From positions 1,078,109 to 1,142,108 of the forward strand of contig OY759308.1 of the NCBI GenBank assembly GCA_963662235.1: 64,000 nt of DNA, written 5' to 3'. Position 1 is the first letter of the stretch; every line of letters starts with the position of its first letter. The stretch comes from Desulfobacterales bacterium. GTDB lineage: Bacteria > Desulfobacterota > Desulfobacteria > Desulfobacterales > G963662235. Both the position numbers and the translations under genes were made by a program. Positions 56,383-64,000 of this stretch are shown here, piece by piece. Below the pieces are notes generated by a model, which saw nothing but the letters and a program-made list of their open reading frames with translations, was not told the origin of the DNA and ran no database searches.

Positions 56383-57134
56383 TTTGTTCTGTCTCCTTTA
56401 TAGTCTATGTTTAAGAGAGTTAAACCATAAGGCGGAGCACACTCTTTATTTTTTTTATTATCTTTTGAGTCAAAAATGGTTTTAAACTCTTCAAGTGAAA
56501 TTTTGTTTAAACCTATACTTACAAAAGCACCTACAAGATTTCTTACCATATATCTTAAAAAACCGTTGCCACATATCTCAAAAAATATGTGGTTTCCGTT
56601 TCTTTTAAACTCTGCTTTATAAATTGTGCGTATACTATTTTTTACGGAAGAACCAGATTTTTGAAAAGATGCAAAATCGTGTGTGCCAATTATTAAATTT
56701 GCAGCTTCCTGCATTTTTTCTAAATCGAGCTTTTTTTCTATATGCCATAAATATTTTCGATTAATAGCTATAGGAGTTTCTTGATTGATGATTGAATATA
56801 AATAGGTTTTTTTATAAACTAAAAACCTTGAATGGAATTTATCGTTTTCTATTGAAACATCTTTTATGACAATATCGTCTGGGGTAAGAGAGTTTAAACC
56901 TTTTAAAAAGTTTATCTCTTTTAAATCTGTTTTTATATCAAAGTGTGCCACTTGATTTTTAGCATGTACACCAGCATCAGTTCTTCCTGCACCGCTTATA
57001 ATGATTTTTTGAGATGTTATTTTATAGAGTGCATTTTCAATTTCACCCTGAACAGTTCTTTTGTCATTTTGTCTCTGCCATCCAGAATAGTTGGTGCCAT
57101 CGTACTCTATTACTATCTTAAATCGTTTTGTCAT
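56367..57134 (-). CDS. truA: tRNA pseudouridine(38-40) synthase
   Basis: FKIVIEYDGTNYSGWQRQ and GAGRTDAGVHA (catalytic Asp). The track start at 57209 is MITE-derived, so the ATG at 57134 is preferred. Confidence 0.9.
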   Translation of the reverse strand: MTKRFKIVIEYDGTNYSGWQRQNDKRTVQGEIENALYKITSQKIIISGAGRTDAGVHAKNQVAHFDIKTDLKEINFLKGLNSLTPDDIVIKDVSIENDKFHSRFLVYKKTYLYSIINQETPIAINRKYLWHIEKKLDLEKMQEAANLIIGTHDFASFQKSGSSVKNSIRTIYKAEFKRNGNHIFFEICGNGFLRYMVRNLVGAFVSIGLNKISLEEFKTIFDSKDNKKNKECAPPYGLTLLNIDYKGDRTKCYPF

Positions 57135-57138
57135 TGTA

Positions 57139-57205
57139 AGACCTTTGCACATAATGTTTTTTATGAAATACACATAATGTTTTTTATGAAAAAATATGTG
57201 GTTAT
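57139..57205. repeat. solo MITE end with internal duplication (cacataatgttttttatgaaa x2)
   Basis: agacctttgcacataatgttttttatgaaatacacataatgttttttatgaaaaaatatgtgg. Lies between rmuC stop and truA start. Confidence 0.75.
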
Positions 57206-58419
57206 TCAAAATCTTCTATAAATTTTTGAGGTATCTCTTTTTTAGATTGTACACCAAGTTTTTTTAAACTTTCAACTTTACTTATTAAATTGCCACGACC
57301 TTCCGATATCTTTTTTTTGGTGTCGCTATAAGATTTTTCAGCTTTACTGATATATGTTCCTACTTCATCAAAAGATTGTATAAATCCTACAAATTTATCG
57401 TAAAGCAAACCCGCTTCATTTGCTATTTTTAAAGCGTTTTTGTTTTGTTTATCTAAATCCCACAAATTGTTTATTGTTTTTAAAATGGGCAGGAGAGTAG
57501 AAGGGCTTACAAGTGCGATATTGTTTTTAAATGCAAAATCAAAAATAGAGTTTTCGTCTAATAATAAGGAAAAAGCAGATTCTATCGGTATAAACATAAA
57601 GACAAAACCCAAGCCTGCTATATCGGGGAGGTCTTCGTATCTTTTACTTGATAACTCTTCAATATGTTTTTTGACAGCCTTGAAATAGTCCTTAAGTTTT
57701 TCGTTTTGATTCTCTTTGTCTTCTGAAAGATAGTAGTTTTCATAAGGGACGAGAGAGACTTTTGAATCTATGATGGCGTATCTTTTATTTGGGAGATTAA
57801 CAACGACATCGGGCTGATACGATTTCCCTGCTTCATTTTTTAAAGAGAGTTGTCTATTATATTCAAGCCCTTCTCTCAAACCTGAAATTTCAAGAACTCT
57901 TTCTAAAACAAGCTCTCCCCAATTTCCTCTTTTTTTACTGTCTCTTTTTAATGCATTTGTAAGGTCGTTTGCTTCTTTGGATATTTTTTCATTTAAATCT
58001 TTTAAATTTTTTAACTCGTTTAAAATATTTGTTCTGCCTTCGGTATCTTTATTATAAACCTCATCTACTCTTTTTCTGAAGCTCTCTATATTCTCTTTTA
58101 CAGGTAAGAGCACTTTATCTATCTTCTCTGTACTTTCTCTATCAAACTTGTTTGTTTTTTCTTCTAAAATTTTATTGGCAAGATTTTCAAAGACTTCTTT
58201 AATGTTACTGTTGGTTTGGTTTAAAAAGTTTATTTTGTCTTCACTACTTTTTTCTCTCTCTTTTAATAAACTCTCTTTTTCTCGTAAATTGCTTTCAAGA
58301 TTTAATATCAATTCTCTCTTTTTTTCTATCTCTCTTTTAAGTTTTTTGTTTAAAAAGAACAGGAGTGTAACTAATAAGAGTAAGGCAGTTATAGCTATAA
58401 CTATTATTGTATTTTCCAT
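57202..58419 (-). CDS. rmuC: DNA recombination protein RmuC
   Basis: N-terminal TM and coiled coil. RGNWGELVLERVLEISGLREGLEY signature. Confidence 0.85.
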   Translation of the reverse strand: MENTIIVIAITALLLLVTLLFFLNKKLKREIEKKRELILNLESNLREKESLLKEREKSSEDKINFLNQTNSNIKEVFENLANKILEEKTNKFDRESTEKIDKVLLPVKENIESFRKRVDEVYNKDTEGRTNILNELKNLKDLNEKISKEANDLTNALKRDSKKRGNWGELVLERVLEISGLREGLEYNRQLSLKNEAGKSYQPDVVVNLPNKRYAIIDSKVSLVPYENYYLSEDKENQNEKLKDYFKAVKKHIEELSSKRYEDLPDIAGLGFVFMFIPIESAFSLLLDENSIFDFAFKNNIALVSPSTLLPILKTINNLWDLDKQNKNALKIANEAGLLYDKFVGFIQSFDEVGTYISKAEKSYSDTKKKISEGRGNLISKVESLKKLGVQSKKEIPQKFIEDFE

Positions 58420-58426
58420 TTATATT

Positions 58427-58570
58427 GGACCTTTGCACATAATGTTTTTTTGTCTATTCCTTCAAGGGGGGAAGGAGGGTTTGCCGAAAGGCGAAAAACC
58501 TCAAAAAATCCTTATAAAGACTTACGCTCTCTTTTGCAATGTTTTTGGGTTTGACGTATAAATATACTAT
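58427..58570. repeat. chimeric MITE: left end + G/C-word hairpins + MITE interior, right end missing
   Basis: ggacctttgcacataatg... ccttcaaggggggaagg ... ttgccgaaaggcgaaaaacctc ... acgctctcttttgcaatgtttttgggtttgacgtataaatatactat. Confidence 0.7.
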
Positions 58571-58581
58571 CTGCCTCGTTC

Positions 58582-59235
58582 TTATTTGTATGCGTGCCCA
58601 AGCAGGAGCTTAATCAAAAACAAAACTAAGCTCCAGAGCAGAATAATAAACAAATAAAAAATTGATAAAAAGAGGAATGAGGCAATTAGTAAAATGCTTA
58701 CAAAACTCGCGAGAAATTTAGTTTTATTATTTGTGATAAAATTTTCTACATCTTGTTTCGTTAAATTGAAATCTGTGAATTGCTTATTTTTTTGTGTTAA
58801 ATCTTGAAAATTAAAAATTTGGATTTTGTTGGAATCTTTAATAATTAGATTGTTTTTATTGACTACAAAACCGACCTCTTTATTTTCTAAAGCATCAGTA
58901 TCAATATTTTCATTGGTATCTATATGAATAAACACATTTTTTTCGTCATAAATATAAGGTGGTAAATTGTTGATACTTAATTCTGAGTTAGTTAGAGTGA
59001 TAGAAACATCATCTGCCACTGTTTCATCAAATTTATTATAAAGTTCTGCAGACAGGTTAATAATCTTGAAAGTAGAAAATCCAGTAAATATTATCGCGAA
59101 AAATCCATTCGCCAAAAACCAAAATCCCCACGAATGAAGTTTTTTGGTATTTTTTTCAACTAAAAATTTCGTCAAAAAACAAGGTTTGAAAATGTCGATT
59201 CCGCGTTTCCAAAATTTCAAGTTTTTAGTTTTCAT
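58582..59235 (-). CDS. hypothetical membrane protein
   Basis: 217 aa. One TM near the N-terminus and two near the C-terminus, with an Asn/Asp-rich middle. No family assigned with confidence. Confidence 0.5.
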   Translation of the reverse strand: MKTKNLKFWKRGIDIFKPCFLTKFLVEKNTKKLHSWGFWFLANGFFAIIFTGFSTFKIINLSAELYNKFDETVADDVSITLTNSELSINNLPPYIYDEKNVFIHIDTNENIDTDALENKEVGFVVNKNNLIIKDSNKIQIFNFQDLTQKNKQFTDFNLTKQDVENFITNNKTKFLASFVSILLIASFLFLSIFYLFIILLWSLVLFLIKLLLGHAYK

Positions 59236-59342
59236 AATTTATAAAAATTAAATTGCTTAGCTTAATTGTCTTTTCTTGTGAATTTTTGTCAAAAAAATTT
59301 TGCAATCCAGTAATAAACGGCTGGATTAAAGTTTGTAATAAG

Positions 59343-59410
59343 AAAATCTCGCGAGATTTTTTAACCCCCCTTAATCCCCCCTTAGAAGGGGGGAATATTT
59401 CGCGAGATTT
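59343..59410. repeat. TCGCGA-armed palindromic module
   Basis: Perfect 18-bp palindrome aaaatctcgcgagatttt (59343-59360), then ccccccttagaagggggg, then atttcgcgagattttt. A second copy of the module is at 59728-59790. Confidence 0.85.
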
Positions 59411-59420
59411 TTTTCTTACG

Positions 59421-59566
59421 ATTTCCCCTTGTGTAGGGAACGGTTTTAAACCGTTCCTTACTTAATTTTAAAAAATTTAAAATTATTTCGGGGTAAAGGG
59501 GATTCGCAGTCAGGCATTTCCCCCTTTTAAGGGGGACTAAGGGGGTTCGCCGTTAGGCGAAAAAAA
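59421..59566. repeat. second copy of the ~150-bp composite G/C-word hairpin module
   Basis: Aligns with 15617-15768 at roughly 85-90% with small indels. Confidence 0.85.
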
Positions 59567-59586
59567 TAGATACACAAAAGGTGTCG

Positions 59587-59614
59587 TTGACAAAAACCCG
59601 ATAATATATATAAT
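59587..59614 (+). promoter_or_regulatory. near-consensus sigma70-type promoter (TTGACA-N16-TATAAT)
   Basis: TTGACA at 59587-59592 and TATAAT at 59609-59614, facing the 59691/59841 ORF. Confidence 0.55.
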
Positions 59615-59840
59615 GCCACTTGATATTATCTCATAATTTTTAGTTATTGAGATGTTTACCTAAAACCCCCTAAAATTAAGAAACAATCAAATGAATTTTA
59701 CAATAGAATCAAAATCAAATTTCAAAGAATCTCGCGAGATTTCGCGACCCCCCCTAACCCCCCTTGGAAGGGGGGAAAAACCTCGCGAGAATTTAAACCC
59801 AAATCCAACCAAACAAGAATTAGCAGATTTAGGAAAAGAA

Positions 59841-61052
59841 ATGGAAAAATCGCGAGAAATTCCGCCAAAAATGACTCGTCGAGAACTTTTAAAATTGGCT
59901 GGTGGTGCTGCTATTGGGACAAGTGTTTTAGGTAAAGTTTTAAACGCTCTTGGTCCAAAATCAGCTGAAGCATCAGAAAGCAATGAAGATGAAAAAATTG
60001 ACTGGAAATATATGCTGAAAAAAAAGAACCGCCACTTTGAAAAAACCAACAAATATGCCCTCCAACCTTTCGACGAAAATGCTTACAATGAAGCACTTAA
60101 TAAAGAAAAAGATCCTTTGGTGGTTGAGAGTATGAAAAATTTCGCGAGAAATGCTCACGAGTTAGAAAACCTTCGCACGCAATGTATGGACGAAAAAAAC
60201 CGTTTAGAGTGGTTTAAAAAAGAGGCGGAAAAATTCGCGAAAAAACTGCGTGCTTACGACATCAAAGGCGAGTGTGCCAAAATCGCAGAGCTTCAAAAAA
60301 CTAATCCGCACCAATATGCCGTAAAACTTGGCGAGCTGACTGACGAGCTCTCTTTTCAGTTGCAAACTGCCAACGCTTTCATTCAAAAATCTTATGCCAT
60401 CGCGAGCGGTAAAGAGGTTAACCCTTCTAAGCCAGCCAGCGGTTCTACTTTTAAAGAAGTGGAAAATTTCAGCTATAAATATGTTTCAGATGTTAATGCC
60501 TCATACGCTGGTTTTTTCCGAACTATCGAACGAGTCAAAAATCCTCCGCCAGACGCAAACAAAGACCGCTCAATCTTGATCCAAGGTGCGGATGGAAAAT
60601 ATCTGCAATTTTTCGCGAAATTTGACACTCAACCGGCAATTCAAGAGTTGGTGAAAGAAAAGGGCGTTGTTTATGAAATGTCGCGTGTGATGAGAGATTT
60701 TTTTAATGAGGTGCCGTGGAAAAGTCCGGATTTACAAGAATTGACAGACAGCGCTACTGGTATCAATAATTTAACTCGCAGATTAAATCTCTATTTATCT
60801 ACTTATGCCGTTTATAATCCTTATAAATTATTTCGCGAAGATTTTGATTGGTATCGCTCTTTGCAAGAAGGGGTAAGTCAAGAGTATGTTGATTTGAGCA
60901 GATTGCAGAATAAAATGCAAAGAATGAGAAAAGCTGATGTTTTTTATAGAGGATTGTTAAAACCGCCTCCTTTTCCAGAAAAAACAAAAAAACTATATAG
61001 AGACTACGGAGCTTCTTACAATAAGTTTATTGATAATAAATATAAATATTAA
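59841..61052 (+). CDS. uncharacterised exported protein with twin-arginine (Tat) signal
   Basis: MEKSREIPPKMTRRELLKLAGGAAIGTSVLGKVLNALGPKSAEA: TRRxLLK motif, h-region and AEA cleavage site. AGGA lies 8 nt upstream of the ATG at 59841. The 59691-59840 part of the track ORF is repeat-derived. Mature part not recognised. Confidence 0.65.
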   Translation: MEKSREIPPKMTRRELLKLAGGAAIGTSVLGKVLNALGPKSAEASESNEDEKIDWKYMLKKKNRHFEKTNKYALQPFDENAYNEALNKEKDPLVVESMKNFARNAHELENLRTQCMDEKNRLEWFKKEAEKFAKKLRAYDIKGECAKIAELQKTNPHQYAVKLGELTDELSFQLQTANAFIQKSYAIASGKEVNPSKPASGSTFKEVENFSYKYVSDVNASYAGFFRTIERVKNPPPDANKDRSILIQGADGKYLQFFAKFDTQPAIQELVKEKGVVYEMSRVMRDFFNEVPWKSPDLQELTDSATGINNLTRRLNLYLSTYAVYNPYKLFREDFDWYRSLQEGVSQEYVDLSRLQNKMQRMRKADVFYRGLLKPPPFPEKTKKLYRDYGASYNKFIDNKYKY

Positions 61053-61127
61053 GAATAATAAGTTCTTATATTTCCAAATAAAAAATTTCGCGAGATTTTA
61101 GAATCTCTATTCATTTTAACTGGTTGG

Positions 61128-61194
61128 TTCCGCGACAAGCACGGAATGACTAATGAAAAACATACCTTTCGTCATTCTGGATTTATCCAGAATC
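61128..61194. repeat. inverted doublet of GTCATTC-headed hairpins
   Basis: ttccgcgacaagcacggaatgac (inverted) and gtcattctggatttatccagaatc, 20 bp apart. Confidence 0.6.
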
Positions 61195-61290
61195 TATAAA
61201 AAATTTAGAAAACAAATCTTTATGTCTTTATGCAAAAAATATTTCTGATTTTTCTCGCAATTTAAAAGAATAATTAAATCTCAAAAAAAT

Positions 61291-61319
61291 TCGCGAAAAA
61301 TTTTCTGATGTGTTAAAAT
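61291..61319 (+). promoter_or_regulatory. putative extended -10 promoter (TGTTAAAAT) with TCGCGA in the -35 slot
   Basis: TGnTAAAAT at 61311-61319. TCGCGA at 61291-61296 lies 17 bp upstream. The ATG at 61344 follows. Confidence 0.35.
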
Positions 61320-61343
61320 GCTTGGAATTTTTAATTTTTCTAA

Positions 61344-64000
61344 ATGCAAAAAACACGATTGGTTCTTTTTATTTTAATTTCCTTTTTGTTTAATATCTCA
61401 AATTTCTCTTTATTAATTTCAAACGAAAATCTCGCGAAAAATTTAGTTTACGCCGAAAGTGCAGGAACAGAAGAAAAAGATGAAGAAGGTGATTCCACAG
61501 ATGCCACAATACAAACATTCAACGCCAAAGACTATCTAAAATCTTACCTGACAGAAGTCCGCGACGCTTACAAAAAATATAAAGAACTTTACCAAAAATA
61601 TTATACCGAAATTGGCGTAGAGCCTTCTGAAAATAGTAATAATGCGGCATACTTTTACGAACAGCGTAAGTCAAGAATGGAAGACGCACAAAATCTTGTC
61701 GTAAAAGCAATCGGTAATGAGGCGAAAATAACAAATGAGAATATTAATGAAAAAATTGAAATTAATGAAACTTTACCAAAGCAACTTTTTACAAGATTAC
61801 AAGACGGTGTAGAAATTTTGATTGAAAGACTTGATGCAGAGCGAGACGAATACGAAAAAGAACGCGAAAAATTAAAAGAACAAGTTGAAGAAATTCGCGA
61901 GATTTATGGCGAGAAATTGAAGATTGATTCAGAAACTGTTAGAATAAAGTTTTGTACAAAAATTATAGACAAGAACGATGGGTTAAAGTGTATGAGAATG
62001 GTAAATGATGAAACAGAAAAAGCTCTTAACTATAATGCTTCTTTTGTGATTAATGAGAAGAATATTTTTGATGAATTTGAAGATAATGTTTTTGTTGATT
62101 TGCTTAAAAATAGTACAAGCAGAAGTGATGTATTACGAGAAAAGAAAGATATGGATAAGTTATGGGAAAAGACAAAAACAAAGTATATTGAAAAGATTAC
62201 AACAGCAGTTGAAGGGAGTCAAGGTGGTGGTGAAGATAAATTGAATGATGAGATTTTAAAATTAAGAATTGCGATTAAGGTGTATGAAACAGGAACATAT
62301 GATCTACAAAAAAAAGGAACATATGAATTAGCACAAGAAAAATTAAACACAGCAAAAGAAAAAGTGAATAACCTTAAAGATGAACGAAAAAATTTGACGG
62401 GAAATTTGACGAAAACAAAAGAAGCGATTGCCAAACTTCAAAATGAGATTAAAGCTTTGAAAAAAGCAGATACTAAAAATGAAGATGAAAAAAAGAAAAA
62501 TAAAGAAGCCATTAAAAGTAAAGAAGAGTTGCTTGAAAAATTAGAAGAGGCGGCGGAACAAGAAGAAAAAGCTTTGGAAGAAAAATTAGAAGAGGCTTAT
62601 AAAAACTTAGAGGACGCGCAAGAAGATTTTGACAAAGCTGAAAAAAATCTCGCGAAATTAAAAATCAAATTAGCAGAAAAATTAAAAGAAAAAGATAGTT
62701 TAAAAAATGGAGTTTTAGACGATTTAATCGATATTTTTAATGATCAGTGTACAGATGACAAATGCACAGATTTCGCGGAAATAATTGAGGCACTGGAATA
62801 TAATAAACAAACTCTGGAAGAAATTATTAATGATATAGCGAGTAAATATGAAGAACATATTAATCAGCATTATAAGTTGTATGATGACTATGAGAAAAAA
62901 TATAATAACTTAATAACTCAAATTAAGAAGATTGTAGCTGGAAAGAATAAAATGATGCCTTTAGATCCTGCTAAATATACGCAAATTTTAGATGATTTAA
63001 ATTTTCAGTCAGAATGGTTTGTTCCTAAAGGTGCAAGTCCTTTATTAAGTGATTTAAAGGGGAAAATTAGATCGTTAGTTTTAGATACAGATAAAACAGA
63101 AACAGATGTAGAGGACATTTTCAAGGAGATTGATACAGCGGTTGAAGAAAATACAGAGTATGGAAAGTTGAAGAGTTGTGTGGAAGAGAATGAAGATTTC
63201 GGGTTTATATTGGATGATTTTAAGTACAATATAAAAAATTATGCAATTTCGTATTATGAAAACGAATGTTATTTGGATATAAATAATAAGAACTTCAAAG
63301 TTCAAAATAATTGTGATGAGTATGCGGAGGAATTACAATTTAATAAAGAAGTATATAATGATGAGTTTGAAATTTCTCGCGAGGAAATTAAAAAATGTTT
63401 TTCTAATAAATTAAGTGCGTTTGTAAAGGCAAAAACAAAATTAACCACACAATCGGGTACAATAGAGATGGCAGAAAAGGAATTAAAAGATGCAGAAAAT
63501 ATTGATGCTATTACTTCAGCACTTGCCAAAAAATCTAAAGCAGAAGAAAAAATAAAAACATTAGAAAACGAAATGAAAGAAATAAACGATCAAATAGATA
63601 AAAAAATGAGCGATTTTGTGCTTTATGATACGGAGTTTGTGCCGAAACGAGCGTATTTACTCGCTGAGTTAAAAAAAGATAAAAAAGAGTATAAAGAAAA
63701 TAAGGACAAGTTATTAGGACAAATTGCTTATATTGAGGAAGCCAACAAGTTGATGAAGAGCTTGGACAATTTTCCAAAAGAGTATAAGGTTTTTGTGGGA
63801 CAAGGGGCGTTGCCTGGTTCTGTCCAAAATAATGAAAACGCTGGATTAGGTGATGTGCAAGATTCATTGCTTTTCTTTGGCTCGTTCATCTTTAAATGGT
63901 CAATGATTGGCGGAATGTTTGGGTTTTTGCTTTTAGGAATTGTCTTTATTTTGCACCCTTATGATCCAGAACTTCTTACATCTGTTAAAAATTGGGGTTT
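61344..64000 (+). CDS. large secreted/membrane-anchored coiled-coil protein, 3' end beyond window (>885 aa)
   Basis: My hand translation from the ATG at 61344 found no stop to the window end. Signal peptide MQKTRLVLFILISFLFNISNFSLLIS...VYA/ES, a long K/E-rich heptad-like region, paired Cys (DQCTDDKCTD), and a TM segment FIFKWSMIGGMFGFLLLGIVFIL near 63890-63955. Not in the ORF track because it has no stop. Confidence 0.8.
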   Translation, partial: MQKTRLVLFILISFLFNISNFSLLISNENLAKNLVYAESAGTEEKDEEGDSTDATIQTFNAKDYLKSYLTEVRDAYKKYKELYQKYYTEIGVEPSENSNNAAYFYEQRKSRMEDAQNLVVKAIGNEAKITNENINEKIEINETLPKQLFTRLQDGVEILIERLDAERDEYEKEREKLKEQVEEIREIYGEKLKIDSETVRIKFCTKIIDKNDGLKCMRMVNDETEKALNYNASFVINEKNIFDEFEDNVFVDLLKNSTSRSDVLREKKDMDKLWEKTKTKYIEKITTAVEGSQGGGEDKLNDEILKLRIAIKVYETGTYDLQKKGTYELAQEKLNTAKEKVNNLKDERKNLTGNLTKTKEAIAKLQNEIKALKKADTKNEDEKKKNKEAIKSKEELLEKLEEAAEQEEKALEEKLEEAYKNLEDAQEDFDKAEKNLAKLKIKLAEKLKEKDSLKNGVLDDLIDIFNDQCTDDKCTDFAEIIEALEYNKQTLEEIINDIASKYEEHINQHYKLYDDYEKKYNNLITQIKKIVAGKNKMMPLDPAKYTQILDDLNFQSEWFVPKGASPLLSDLKGKIRSLVLDTDKTETDVEDIFKEIDTAVEENTEYGKLKSCVEENEDFGFILDDFKYNIKNYAISYYENECYLDINNKNFKVQNNCDEYAEELQFNKEVYNDEFEISREEIKKCFSNKLSAFVKAKTKLTTQSGTIEMAEKELKDAENIDAITSALAKKSKAEEKIKTLENEMKEINDQIDKKMSDFVLYDTEFVPKRAYLLAELKKDKKEYKENKDKLLGQIAYIEEANKLMKSLDNFPKEYKVFVGQGALPGSVQNNENAGLGDVQDSLLFFGSFIFKWSMIGGMFGFLLLGIVFILHPYDPELLTSVKNWG

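Noticed and set aside
59253-60052. ORFs 59253-59465 (+) and 59687-60052 (-), and the first 50 codons of the 59691 ORF
   Set aside because: They are read through palindromic repeat modules, giving peptides such as SRDFLTPLNPPLEGGNISRDF, or lie antisense to the Tat-protein gene. Repeats are open in several frames by construction.
62219-63867. Five minus-strand ORFs (71-110 aa) in the track
   Set aside because: All lie antisense to the uninterrupted plus-strand ORF starting at 61344. They have low-complexity F/L/S-rich products typical of shadow ORFs opposite K/E-rich genes.

Overview
AT-rich (about 30% GC by eye, not computed), densely coding bacterial chromosomal segment. Most genes are housekeeping genes of a flagellated, probably anaerobic bacterium: flgE (partial), prfA-rpmE-rho, an mqnB-like nucleosidase, an MFS transporter, metH, a flavodiiron protein, cobB, ftsK, lysA, pgi, lspA, xseA-xseB-ispA, rsmA, flhB-fliR, alaS, envelope/LPS genes, smpB, RNase P RNA, mreB-mreC, truA and rmuC. 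Accessory content is a RelE/ParE pair, a HipBA pair, a higA gene split by a MITE, an orphan type I hsdR, and two BRO-N genes (one truncated). Non-coding space holds several small repeat families. These are a ~196-bp MITE (GAGACCTTTGCACAT inverted ends, 6-bp target duplications) with hairpin, deleted and solo-end derivatives; GTAG-headed REP-like nested hairpins; G/C-word hairpin modules; GTCATTC-headed hairpins; a 16-bp tandem array; and a decaying 33-bp array. The most unusual locus is 59.3-64 kb. It has two uncharacterised exported proteins, one with a Tat signal and one a >885-aa coiled-coil ORF that is absent from the ORF track because it runs off the window. This locus carries 17 exact copies of the palindrome TCGCGA, which I saw only once elsewhere in the window. 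I saw no rRNA, tRNA, CRISPR array or transposase gene.
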